IMG/VR virus record: IMGVR_UViG_3300028591_005215
Location: 32,001-96,000 of that record
Strand: one strand, 5' to 3'
Source: a virus
Taxonomy: Duplodnaviria > Caudoviricetes
DNA length: 64,000 nt
A model generated the notes under the pieces. It did not search any database, was not told where the DNA came from, and saw only the letters and a program-made list of their open reading frames with translations. Positions 9,601 to 18,407 of this stretch are shown one piece after another. Numbering within the stretch: position 1 is the first letter of the stretch; every line of letters begins with the position of its first letter. A program made the translations under genes and the position numbers.

Positions 9601-10574
9601 ACGTTATCTGCAATTTGATAATCACTATTATCTGTGTTAAATTCATCTAAAGTAACTGTGCTAATTGATGTATAAATCGAATTAACTTCAATTTGAATAA
9701 AAGGTAGAATTCTTATATCATTAGTGCTACTTGTATTGTTAACAGTCCAAGATTCTATTGTGTCATTAGCACCTTGAATATAATATATAGCTTCAGACGA
9801 AAATAATGCTGCATTATTTAATGCTGTCTGCTTTAATGTAGAAGTCCAATAACCTGAAGAAGCTAAAGTTGCAGAACTACCTAAAGTTTCTAAGGCAGCT
9901 TCTAAAATAGAATTGGATTTTATGCCATTTAAACGTGCACTTTCAAATTCACCAGCGCTAGGTATATACCATTCACTACTAAAATTATTTTTTAGTAATT
10001 CAAGTGCTGGGAATTTACTAAAATCACTAATAGAATCTAGCCATGCTTGAGTGTTAGACATTCCACCAAAGTCTTTTATTAATATAGGTATAGCAATACT
10101 TGGACTTATACTAGTACTAGTTATGTTTGCAGCAGCAATTTGCCCTTCAACACCATTTGTTTCTCCAGTTATCCCATAAAAGGTTAAATTAGGATTTCCT
10201 GAATTAACATCTTGTAAGGTACTGAAGTTTACATGCTGTGTAAAAGCATTATTTGTTAATGCCTTTACTGAAGCAAACATTGGCTTATTTGTCATTTCAT
10301 TAACACCAACAAAGATACCGATAGCATCAGCCTTTTGCGACTCTGTAATTGAAGCTTGAGATACAACTGTCTTCTTGTCTGAAAGCAAGAAAGAACCTAT
10401 TTTCAATGCTGTATAAACAGGGATTTCCTTTCCGCCTTCTTCTTGTGTTCCGACATTGAAGTAAACGGTATCACCTTGCCTAATCCAAGCAATTCCAGGC
10501 ACAATCATGTTTTCTTGTCCGCCTGCATCCATAAAATCTTGCAGGGTTTCGTAAGCTTTTAAATATTTTGCCAT
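6624..10574 (-). CDS. multidomain, probably virion-associated protein: DUF1566/C-type-lectin-like domain + GH33-type sialidase + two (Ig-like + beta-sandwich) modules
   Basis: FRRIP motif, Asp boxes YSDDDGKTWS and VSNDGINGWT, NE..., LNARS, KRMN, GYS catalytic set; WYIPSAGE..YWTST; internal repeat SDNVYGMY...QFYPS. Confidence 0.8.
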   Translation of the reverse strand: MAKYLKAYETLQDFMDAGGQENMIVPGIAWIRQGDTVYFNVGTQEEGGKEIPVYTALKIGSFLLSDKKTVVSQASITESQKADAIGIFVGVNEMTNKPMFASVKALTNNAFTQHVNFSTLQDVNSGNPNLTFYGITGETNGVEGQIAAANITSTSISPSIAIPILIKDFGGMSNTQAWLDSISDFSKFPALELLKNNFSSEWYIPSAGEFESARLNGIKSNSILEAALETLGSSATLASSGYWTSTLKQTALNNAALFSSEAIYYIQGANDTIESWTVNNTSSTNDIRILPFIQIEVNSIYTSISTVTLDEFNTDNSDYQIADNVIFKSGVDTGSGTGSFRRIPSVAITNKGNYIATCEDRPAVADETDTSILFARRNYSATTWEYRTLLAYDESASLKYMNPMFVIDRTGVHGVKGRIYLWVLVYRKDMSTNHAKAVSATTEEGDSLYMYSDDDGKTWSNPISTKDKWNSTKFKCSWVAATNGIQMSDGTLVLPAMATKTDNNWYSGLIYKRVGGDWTYSNTTPHAGDNEVAIFEGNDGKLYLNARSNDKNATPSYKRNCYTYDFDNDTFTAVSNDFDPRQLECQADIDKIENMYVMSFDYNTNMNATVETYNKRMNMSLWVSNDGINGWTRSVEIQNGSNLGYSNMDYFEKDLAYVYEGNDGIHFLQMPQIVPQLKTTLEEANHPTVIPISAITISGDSEAIGTSKQYTATIEPSNYTEKYRWILSGTNDSNYATLTSEGLLTPKKLGLSNQTTASGMINYYKPNVTVACVSSSYHATATKTVMVQYKEDVEFVNWIKQEGSGSQKSALGYVDYYESKLNQCEVYTFKLKIKTGSAVPTGTTYFTAPCTGDISHNSVYFSIYINSNGISIEERDGANNTYSGLTYSLTIEPNTVYEIEATSNFGNNSSSSTQAGTLTLNVNNLGVVSKSFDSLSPIGTQRFYAIPRFIGDTFNGQIYYIQAYEGNTLKFDLRAALRKSDNVYGMYSNLSGQFYPSITTAFSGGYDQTVYVQDFTLSAPQTINKSGNVTISNITPVTANEQIQFSIISGAEYATIDQNGNITVNENVENQTITVKAHTNAKDKTVDIVVSNIETYTDVGWVMNTVSATAAGNNGENVAKICGINPFSSETHKVKFEAEVSMSAIDDTEEDFVQILNHNGNAFCTLGFYQRGLYGNGGTIGNKRENLQNQKVTLSADTKINVSYEFDWSTKDGGLKVNESVATKHWDALDSNYVSFSNGTNTLTLLSAGNKNTVSYPIYRGKFYSFKLYINGNDTPTLNMKPVKRDSDNVYGMYDIIHNQFYPSSTSTPFLGGNDN

Positions 10575-10672
10575 AATTTAATAAATCGTTTAGATATAAA
10601 TATCTTACTGATTTATTAAAAAAGCAAAAAAGATGATGAATAACTTATTACTCACCATCTTTTAAATAGCCT

Positions 10673-11074
10673 TTAATCTATATTAGACATAAATTTTATA
10701 GCGTTATCAGTTTTTTGCATATATTCGCATTTAATGCTTCCTCGTTGAGTATATCTTATTGAAGAAGCATATTTCTTCTCAATAAAAATATCCATACGTT
10801 TTTTACCATCAATTGGTGGTACGTGATACCAGCAGCCTTCTTTGATAAAATCAAAATTAAATATTGGTTTAATATCTTTGAATGATTTGAATTTTCTTTC
10901 CTTTAATAAAGGACACCAAGAAGGCGTGTTTATAATATCACCATCTTTTAATCTGTGTGCAATTGATTGCTTGAAGCCGAAAACCAAACTTGCTCCACAT
11001 GAAGCAGTATATAATCCTTTTCTGAAAGGCATTACACTTCTATGAACGTATTTGCAAATGTTACAACATTTCAT
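10673..11074 (-). CDS. Cys-rich hypothetical protein
   Basis: CCNIC...C...PSWCPL, putative Zn-binding. Confidence 0.7.
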   Translation of the reverse strand: MKCCNICKYVHRSVMPFRKGLYTASCGASLVFGFKQSIAHRLKDGDIINTPSWCPLLKERKFKSFKDIKPIFNFDFIKEGCWYHVPPIDGKKRMDIFIEKKYASSIRYTQRGSIKCEYMQKTDNAIKFMSNID

Positions 11075-11234
11075 GTATTATTTTTTTAAAATTTTGTTTC
11101 ATTACTGACCTTGATAGTGGTGATGCAATATTTTCCCACCAATTTTCCACTTTTTTTCCTTTAGAATGTAAGTGTGAGTCTATTTTCCAAGAGTTACCTC
11201 CTGTGATATGTTTTTGTCTTCCATAAGGTTTCAT
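11061..11234 (-). CDS. small basic hypothetical protein (57 aa, MKPYGRQK...ENWWENI)
   Basis: Translated by hand; overlaps the start of the next gene. Confidence 0.5.
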   Translation of the reverse strand: MKPYGRQKHITGGNSWKIDSHLHSKGKKVENWWENIASPLSRSVMKQNFKKIIHEML

Positions 11235-11307
11235 ATGTGATAATATATATAAAATTTTTTTAATAAAAAACTATTTAATAATATTTAACTGTTAATATTA
11301 TTTAACT

Positions 11308-12072
11308 ATGGAAGTAGATAAAATTTTTAATGAGGATTGCGTTTCAACAATAGAGAATAGAATTGAAGATAGTACAATAGATTTAGTTATGACATCACCA
11401 CCATACAATATGACGCATAGAAAAGGTGGTTATGCTGATAGCGGAAGATATGATGTATATAAGGATTGGAAGTCTGAAGAAGAATATATAGAATGGACAT
11501 GTCATTTATTTAATGATTTTGATAGAATCGTTAAAAATAATGGTACTGTAATTTATAACTTTTCATATTCAGTTTTGAACCCTTCATTACCATACAAAAT
11601 TATTGCAGAGATAGAAAAACAAAGTAATTGGAGATTGGTAGACACTATTGTATGGAAGAAGAAATCTTGTATTCCTGTACCTGGACAGCCGAGAAGATTG
11701 ACAAGGGCATGGGAATTTGTTTGGATTTTTGCAAGAAATACTGAAATAGAAACATATAACGTATATAAAGGTGTAAAAACAATTTCACAAAAAACTGGAC
11801 AAAAATTTTATAACCTTTTCTACAACTATATTGAAGCGAAAAATAATGATAATGAAACAAGGAAATTGAATCAAGCAACTTATTCTACAGACCTATGTAA
11901 ACAGTTGTTTAGGATATATGCCACTGATGAAAACTTGATATATGACCCATTTATGGGTACAGGAACAACTGCTGCTGCTTGCAAGGAACTTGGCTTGCAT
12001 TATCTTGGTAGTGAACTATCTGAAAATCAGTGTAAATATGCTGAAGAACGCATTAAAAATATAGCTGATTAG
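11308..12072 (+). CDS. orphan DNA amino-methyltransferase (N4-C/N6-A, beta class)
   Basis: TSPPYN motif IV precedes DPFMGTGTT motif I. Confidence 0.9.
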   Translation: MEVDKIFNEDCVSTIENRIEDSTIDLVMTSPPYNMTHRKGGYADSGRYDVYKDWKSEEEYIEWTCHLFNDFDRIVKNNGTVIYNFSYSVLNPSLPYKIIAEIEKQSNWRLVDTIVWKKKSCIPVPGQPRRLTRAWEFVWIFARNTEIETYNVYKGVKTISQKTGQKFYNLFYNYIEAKNNDNETRKLNQATYSTDLCKQLFRIYATDENLIYDPFMGTGTTAAACKELGLHYLGSELSENQCKYAEERIKNIAD

Positions 12073-12141
12073 AGATAGATATTTAATAAAATAAAAGAAG
12101 AAATGAATATATTTATAGTATATTCATTTTTTTTATCATAT

Positions 12142-13200
12142 ATGAAAAATATTAAAAGTATTATAACTGAAGAAATAAATAAGTTTGTTAATGAGGTTAA
12201 ATACATTGACAATGCTTATGGTAAAGATACGATGCCACCTTTACCTGGCGAAAAACACCCTTATAAAGTTGTCGGCAAAACAAATTGGACTGATAGATAT
12301 GAACAGGAACCTATAAAGAATAGTGATAAGATTAGAGTGTTTCATAAATGTAACATGAACACTGCTATGCAATTTGCTTTATATGGCACAAGTGGTAAAG
12401 TATATGCAAAAAGAGCATTTTCATATGAATCAGGGATGAATCCTAAAGGAATATTTGTAACTACTGATTTTAATGTAGCTAAGAATGGTTCATTTGCTTC
12501 ACACGGTGTGATTATTGAATTTACTGCAAGTGCTACTGACCTTGATACACCTGTTTGGAATGGGCAAGGAACGTATTTTGGGCAAGGAACTCAGCCTATG
12601 CCTTTTGCTAATAAGTCTGAAAGGGATGCACAAAAAAAGAAATATAATGATGATGCAAGGAGTGTAGAAGATGAAAGATATTTTAATTATCAAACTAAAA
12701 AGGACGATGTAATTTCATATGACTATATAAGGAATAGTGATAATCCTGCAATGGCTTATAACATATTTAATAACAACGAACATCAAGCTTTATTCCTTGG
12801 TGATTTGAACCCTAATATGATTAAACGTTTCTGGGTCAAGGAAGAAAACAGTGAACAATACGTACCTTATAAAAGGGTTGACTTCATAAGGAAATTTAAA
12901 GAAAAAGAAAAGGAAGAATATAAACCTGAATATTCTGATATATTTAATCCTAACGATGATTTTTCTTGGAATAAATTAGCTAAATACGAATATAATTTTG
13001 ATAGTTACTACTGCAAGAAAAACAATATATCTTTTGAGGAGTATCTTAATAAAAACTTTAAAGAAATGAAAGATACAATATTATATTATGCTGAAAATAA
13101 TCCTTATGAGTTGAGATATTATTTCTGGCCAAAACAATTGATACAAATTCTTGGTAAAGAAAAATATTTGGAAACGTTTGGTGGCATAATGGGCGTTTAA
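12142..13200 (+). CDS. ART-fold-like protein with head-protein leader (start revised from 12103 to 12142)
   Basis: MKNIKSIITEEINKFVNE; VFH..GIFVTTDFNVAK..VIIEF..EHQALF; ATATTTAT at 12109. Confidence 0.55.
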   Translation: MKNIKSIITEEINKFVNEVKYIDNAYGKDTMPPLPGEKHPYKVVGKTNWTDRYEQEPIKNSDKIRVFHKCNMNTAMQFALYGTSGKVYAKRAFSYESGMNPKGIFVTTDFNVAKNGSFASHGVIIEFTASATDLDTPVWNGQGTYFGQGTQPMPFANKSERDAQKKKYNDDARSVEDERYFNYQTKKDDVISYDYIRNSDNPAMAYNIFNNNEHQALFLGDLNPNMIKRFWVKEENSEQYVPYKRVDFIRKFKEKEKEEYKPEYSDIFNPNDDFSWNKLAKYEYNFDSYYCKKNNISFEEYLNKNFKEMKDTILYYAENNPYELRYYFWPKQLIQILGKEKYLETFGGIMGV

Positions 13201-13205
13201 CGCAT

Positions 13206-13250
13206 AAATTATAAAATCCAGAAAAAAACATTTTCTGGATTTTATAATTT
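13206..13250. terminator. bidirectional terminator between convergent genes
   Basis: aaattataaaatccagaaa/tttctggattttataattt inverted repeat. Confidence 0.7.
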
Positions 13251-13258
13251 ATTTACAC

Positions 13259-13924
13259 TTACCATTTTTTTAATCCGTATAAACAATTTAGTGACCAAAA
13301 TACATATTGCATTGCCATACAATAGTTCTCAGCATTAAACCAAAGAATGATAGACCCAAAGTCAATAAACAACCAATAATACCACGATTCTTTATATCTA
13401 TATATTGATAGAACTTGCGCAATTAGCGCAGGAACTGTTGTAATTGAATCTATAAATGGTTGTGTGTCATTAGTGCATTTAAAGGTTTGCCAAGTAAATA
13501 AAGTACCAAAAAACGCAATAATCAACGAAAAAGTTAATCCTTTATGTGTTAATGACTTTGTTGCAACTTCATTTTCATCCATTTCGTTAATTCTATAATG
13601 TTTAAGCCATATATAAATTCCATATATCATTGTAACAAAATAGAAAGCATTTTCAATTAATTCACCATAGAAAGCTTCTTTCCAAGATAAAATTACGTAA
13701 GTGAATAATTGGATAAAGCCTAAGAAATAGAATGATATTTTCCTTTGAGAACAAAGCACAACTGATAAAACACCAGATAATCCGCTCATTAATGATAAAA
13801 CAGAATTATCAGTTATAACAAACGTTACAATTTGCAATAACAAACCAAAAAGGAGGAACAACACATCAAATGTTGTTCTTCCATTTACAAATTCTTCTTT
13901 TAAGAAGCTATTAATCTTCCCCAT
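13259..13924 (-). CDS. pnuC: PnuC-family nicotinamide riboside transporter
   Basis: Multiple TM helices; PFIDSITT..AQVL...ESWYYW..D and YGLKKW motifs; coupled to nadR. Confidence 0.9.
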   Translation of the reverse strand: MGKINSFLKEEFVNGRTTFDVLFLLFGLLLQIVTFVITDNSVLSLMSGLSGVLSVVLCSQRKISFYFLGFIQLFTYVILSWKEAFYGELIENAFYFVTMIYGIYIWLKHYRINEMDENEVATKSLTHKGLTFSLIIAFFGTLFTWQTFKCTNDTQPFIDSITTVPALIAQVLSIYRYKESWYYWLFIDFGSIILWFNAENYCMAMQYVFWSLNCLYGLKKW

Positions 13925-14999
13925 AAAATGAATTAATATAATCCTTTACTCGGTTAAAATTACCTTCAAAAGTATCATCAAGAATTTCAACTTTTTCCCA
14001 CAACCCAAATTCCTTAATAAATGTGACTAAAATACCAAAGTTTTTACTTCTTTCTTCGATTGAAGATTGCTTCATATATCTTGTACCATCATCGACAAAA
14101 GTGTTCTTAGGTGGTAGTAAAAATATTTTATCCCACTTAATAGAATCTTTCAAAGATAAAGCAAGCGGTTTTAATATTGTTTCAAATTCTTCACTTGTCA
14201 GTTGCATTTCATCATTAGTTGAATAAGCTAAAGCATACATAAGTGTTACGATATTATCAGTATCTGAAATAAACAAGCCACTGTTTGATTTAGTACTTTT
14301 TTCAACCATATCATTCCTTTGACCAATTATAAAATTGGTAAAATCTTTAACAGTTAAATCAGTGTCTAGCATACATTTCTTTTCCATATATTTTCTTCCA
14401 TATTCTTCCGAAAAAGGAATGTTAAAATATGTTGCAATGTCACGGACAAGTGTTGATTTACCTTCTGAAGCTGTGCCTGTAATAAGAATGTTTTTAGTTA
14501 GTGTTTCTCTAAAAGGCGGAAGTATATAGCTCCAATATTTTACAGGATTCTTTCTTATCTTTGTACCACTAATAGGAATTGTCTTTGGTATTACAACGAC
14601 ATTAAATTTGTCAGAAACTTTTTCAATAGATTCTTGGTAGAATTTTTCAGCCAAATAGAAAGTGAAATGTGATTCATCAGTGTATAAATTATGTTTTTTA
14701 AGTTTTCTTTCGACTTCACCAAGCCAAATCTTCCAGTTATTAGGACACATGCTTTCATCAAGTCCTAAATCAGTATCGTTTATTGCATCAATTATGACTT
14801 GTTCATCGTTTTTAAATATTTCTTTTACCTTACAAGTTTTTTGGCTTAAAGAAAGGGTGATTTCTTTAGCCCTTTCTTCGCCTTCATATCCGCAAACAAT
14901 AAGTAAAACCTTATCATTTTCTTTTTTTGCTTTCATGATGCTGTCTAAATGCCCTCTATGCATAGGGCAATACCCACCAAAACAAATACCTACCTTCAT
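13911..14999 (-). CDS. nadR: NadR-like bifunctional NMN adenylyltransferase / ribosylnicotinamide kinase (no HTH repressor domain)
   Basis: GGYCPMHRGH (HxGH), ISGTKIR, Walker A GTASEGKST, EYGR, DTD, DDGTR. Confidence 0.9.
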   Translation of the reverse strand: MKVGICFGGYCPMHRGHLDSIMKAKKENDKVLLIVCGYEGEERAKEITLSLSQKTCKVKEIFKNDEQVIIDAINDTDLGLDESMCPNNWKIWLGEVERKLKKHNLYTDESHFTFYLAEKFYQESIEKVSDKFNVVVIPKTIPISGTKIRKNPVKYWSYILPPFRETLTKNILITGTASEGKSTLVRDIATYFNIPFSEEYGRKYMEKKCMLDTDLTVKDFTNFIIGQRNDMVEKSTKSNSGLFISDTDNIVTLMYALAYSTNDEMQLTSEEFETILKPLALSLKDSIKWDKIFLLPPKNTFVDDGTRYMKQSSIEERSKNFGILVTFIKEFGLWEKVEILDDTFEGNFNRVKDYINSFYGED

Positions 15000-15001
15000 G
15001 C

Positions 15002-17083
15002 TTAGAAATTAATTTTAAATATACCCATCACATTAGTACCTGCAAGTGGGCAGTACAATGTTTCATTACTTGCGCCAACTGCACCTGAGCAGTAATTAGT
15101 ACGATTAAAAATATTGTTAATCTTACCAATAAATTCTAATGCTTTACTGAACTTAATATTGCCATAAAGATTAAAAGTGCAGCTATTAGGGATATAATGT
15201 TCATTTGACATATCCACATACATTTTAGAATAAAAGTTAAAATTCAAACCAACACCATATGTAGGCTTCTCCCAACTCAAGTCAGTATTCCAAATAATAG
15301 ATGGTGAAAGAATAGAATTCATATTATCACCAAAGGTTTCAGTACTTACTTTATTCTTAGATAAAGAGAATGTGTTATTAAAATTTAAGCCATCCCACAC
15401 ATTCCAATATTCACTAACTTCGACACCATATCGTTTACTTGACTTAGCATTTTCATGCTGAGGAAGGCCATTCAAGCCAAACTCACCATTAAGGACAAGT
15501 TCATCCTTAAATTTCATATAGAACAAGTTAACATTAAATTTAAAACCATCAGTAACGTATTCTGTTCCAAGTTCCCAATCATTAGCCTTTTCAGCTTTGC
15601 TTGTTGCAATAGCTGGTGTGCCATCAGCATTATAAGTGATATATTCATTACCGCCAAACATATCACTACGTGTTGGCTCACGATTTACATGGTTAAATCG
15701 TGCATAAGTTTTAAGGTTATATGTTGGGTTATATTCAAACCCTAATCCATAATTAATAAAATTCCACTTACTACCAAGTTCTGAACCAGAATACTTGTTG
15801 TTAGAGAGTAAATCAGTATATGTGAAATTAACGTGGCGATATTGAACGTTAGCATTTACCTTTAAATTAGAAAGAATTTCATAGTTAGCAATTCCAAACA
15901 ACGTTAAATCAAACTTATTTCCGCCATTATCATAATAATCGCCACCATTATATACATTGTCATTAAAGTTTACATTTTCAGATTTATTATCCAAAAAATG
16001 ATGACGATAATAATTATACGCTGATACGCCTGTTGTTACATTAAATTTATCGTAAATAAGTTTTAACGCATTAGATGTACCTTCCATATAATATCGCAAA
16101 CCATAGCTATAAAGTGAGTTAGTTGTACCAATTTTCCATGTAGGGTCAACCATACGTTGCATATAGTTATCTAAATCCATACGATATGAACCTCGCTGCG
16201 TTTGGAAATATAATGCAGATGTCAACAATGCATGGTCTGAAATCCAACCTTTATACTGAAGTTTTAAGAAAGAAGTCCAAAAATCATCAGTATCTTTTTT
16301 GCTATTGCCATTTGCACGTGGGTTACTTGCTAATTCTTCCTTAGAATTAAAAATCCAACCTTGTCCATTACGATGATAGCCAGTTACACCAAAGAAATCA
16401 ATTATGTTTTTATCATTAAACTTGTATGCAGTTTTAAATGCAAAAGAATGTGAATTATTAGAACTATAATTGCGATAACCATCAGTTTGAAAATGTGTTG
16501 ACCTTACGTGTAACCCCCACTTATCTGTTGGTGTCATATTATAAGCAACACTATTTTCAAATGTCTTATCACTTCCATAACCAAATGATGCATACGATTT
16601 ATGTGGTTTAAATACATCAATAGATTCAAAATTTACACCACCAGCTACACCTGCAATACCATTATACATAGATGATGCACCACGTTCAATTTTAACTGAT
16701 TGCATCGAACTTAAAAGGTCAGGTACATTAGCAAAATAAACACCAAAATCTTCAGCTTCATTCCAAGGACATCCATCTAACGTTACATTTATACGTGTTT
16801 GGTCAAGCCCACGAATTCTGAAATATCCATACCCATATTCAGTTCCATTATCAGACATTGAAAAGATAGATGGTAACTTTGCGAAAAGATGAGACGGCTC
16901 TTGCTGCAAGTTAGATTTACTAAGCTCATCACTTGTAATAAGACTACCTGTTAACACATTGTTACGATAAAAAGACGTAACACTAACTTCATCTATGTGA
17001 TGGATTGAATCCATCAATTCTTCATTTGCGAATGCTACGATTGATGAAATAAGCATTGCAAACATTAGAAGTAATTTTTTCAT
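15002..17083 (-). CDS. TonB-dependent outer-membrane receptor
   Basis: Signal peptide, TonB-box-like IDEVSVTS, plug RIRG..RINVTLDG..IERGASS...GGVN, amphipathic beta-strands, C-terminal Phe. Confidence 0.9.
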   Translation of the reverse strand: MKKLLLMFAMLISSIVAFANEELMDSIHHIDEVSVTSFYRNNVLTGSLITSDELSKSNLQQEPSHLFAKLPSIFSMSDNGTEYGYGYFRIRGLDQTRINVTLDGCPWNEAEDFGVYFANVPDLLSSMQSVKIERGASSMYNGIAGVAGGVNFESIDVFKPHKSYASFGYGSDKTFENSVAYNMTPTDKWGLHVRSTHFQTDGYRNYSSNNSHSFAFKTAYKFNDKNIIDFFGVTGYHRNGQGWIFNSKEELASNPRANGNSKKDTDDFWTSFLKLQYKGWISDHALLTSALYFQTQRGSYRMDLDNYMQRMVDPTWKIGTTNSLYSYGLRYYMEGTSNALKLIYDKFNVTTGVSAYNYYRHHFLDNKSENVNFNDNVYNGGDYYDNGGNKFDLTLFGIANYEILSNLKVNANVQYRHVNFTYTDLLSNNKYSGSELGSKWNFINYGLGFEYNPTYNLKTYARFNHVNREPTRSDMFGGNEYITYNADGTPAIATSKAEKANDWELGTEYVTDGFKFNVNLFYMKFKDELVLNGEFGLNGLPQHENAKSSKRYGVEVSEYWNVWDGLNFNNTFSLSKNKVSTETFGDNMNSILSPSIIWNTDLSWEKPTYGVGLNFNFYSKMYVDMSNEHYIPNSCTFNLYGNIKFSKALEFIGKINNIFNRTNYCSGAVGASNETLYCPLAGTNVMGIFKINF

Positions 17084-17120
17084 TATAAAAATATTTCGTT
17101 ATACATTTAATTAACAATGG

Positions 17121-17151
17121 CAAATATAACTATTTATTTTTATACTACAAA
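17121..17151 (-). promoter_or_regulatory. host-type promoter of the TBDR-nadR-pnuC operon
   Basis: TTTG-N19-TATATTTG, 37 nt upstream of the TBDR start. Confidence 0.65.
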
Positions 17152-17189
17152 AGTTCTAATGTTAAAAAAATAAAAAAAGGTAAGTAAAA

Positions 17190-18359
17190 TCACTTACCTT
17201 TTAACTTTTGCATAATACCATTATGGAAAAATATAGAATCACCTCCCATTTCCCTTACAAAATCAGTTAGCATTTTAACGCAATTTAGTGCATCATCACT
17301 TTCTGCATAATCGCAGTTTAATTTTTTAATTCCTTCTTGCGCTTTACTTGAAAGTATATTTAATTCTTCTCCACCTAATTCGTCTGAATATAATTCACTT
17401 GCCATTTGTACCATAGGTGTTGAATAATTTGATAATCCATAATCATCAAGATATTCTTCTGCTATATTAATAGCATCGACTTTAAATGCAAATGGTGCAT
17501 TATCATCCATCATAACATAGTACAGCCCCATAAATAATGCAACATTACAAATACAAGATGTTACTTCTTTACTAAAGTCATATTGATTGGTTTGATTTAT
17601 ATTAATTAAATCACTTGGTAGAATTTGAATTTCATTTCTATTGCTTGCAAAATCTTCCATAGTTCCATAAAAATGGAAAATATCATGATGTTCAGTAAAA
17701 TAATCTTTTATATTATTTAATTCTCTTAATATAACTTTTTTATAAGACCCTCTATCTTTAGCTGATTTTGCTATTAATATATCTATTCTTTTAATATATT
17801 TTTTAGCACCATTTATAAATGGTTTATCTGAAAATATTCTATCCTCATTTTCGATTTGTGCTTGATATTTTAATTGATTAGAACCTTGTAAGTTGTGAAG
17901 ATTTGTCACTGACTTATCCTTCCAAATGTTATTTATCCCATTTAAAGCACTTTGTTTAGTTGAAAACTCTCTTTTATCCCTGTCTTTTAAATCTATATAA
18001 TTATAATCGCTATCATCACCATCTATGGTGTTATATTTATCAGGCCATCTAAAAAAGTTAACAGGTTTTCCCCTATAATTATTAGACAATAAATCACCAT
18101 CAAGTGTTAGTCTTACAAATCCATTTGAAACCCAAGAATTATAACCTATATATGGGTTTGATGCTCTTGTAACTGACATAAAGAATCTTCTTTTTGGCTG
18201 ATTCCAATGTTCACTTTTAGAAACGGCATTTGTTTTTAGAATAAATCTGTCACTCTTAATAATTTTAACAAAATTATCCAACCCTGTAAAATGAAAACAA
18301 ATACTTGAAATGCTTTCATTTAATGTGTTTTTAACTATATCTCCAAAATTAAAGTCCAT
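17190..18359 (-). CDS. ART-fold-like protein with LNE leader
   Basis: IVKNTLNES; FHFT...FMSVTR...RLTLDG...ENEDRI (H-S-ExE pattern); ATATTTAT upstream. Confidence 0.55.
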   Translation of the reverse strand: MDFNFGDIVKNTLNESISSICFHFTGLDNFVKIIKSDRFILKTNAVSKSEHWNQPKRRFFMSVTRASNPYIGYNSWVSNGFVRLTLDGDLLSNNYRGKPVNFFRWPDKYNTIDGDDSDYNYIDLKDRDKREFSTKQSALNGINNIWKDKSVTNLHNLQGSNQLKYQAQIENEDRIFSDKPFINGAKKYIKRIDILIAKSAKDRGSYKKVILRELNNIKDYFTEHHDIFHFYGTMEDFASNRNEIQILPSDLININQTNQYDFSKEVTSCICNVALFMGLYYVMMDDNAPFAFKVDAINIAEEYLDDYGLSNYSTPMVQMASELYSDELGGEELNILSSKAQEGIKKLNCDYAESDDALNCVKMLTDFVREMGGDSIFFHNGIMQKLKGK

Positions 18360-18407
18360 TTTATGTAATAATATAGTAATAAATATGTTGGAAATAAAAA
18401 ATGGAAA

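Noticed and set aside
9690-10400. Diversity-generating retroelement targeting the DUF1566-like domain
   Set aside because: No reverse transcriptase and no template repeat differing only at adenines was seen in this window; cannot be excluded elsewhere in the genome.
11308-12072. Restriction-modification system
   Set aside because: No adjacent restriction endonuclease; orphan methyltransferases are routine in large phages.
17084-17190. TPP or other riboswitch ahead of the TonB receptor
   Set aside because: The leader is only about 30 nt and AT-rich, with no aptamer motifs.
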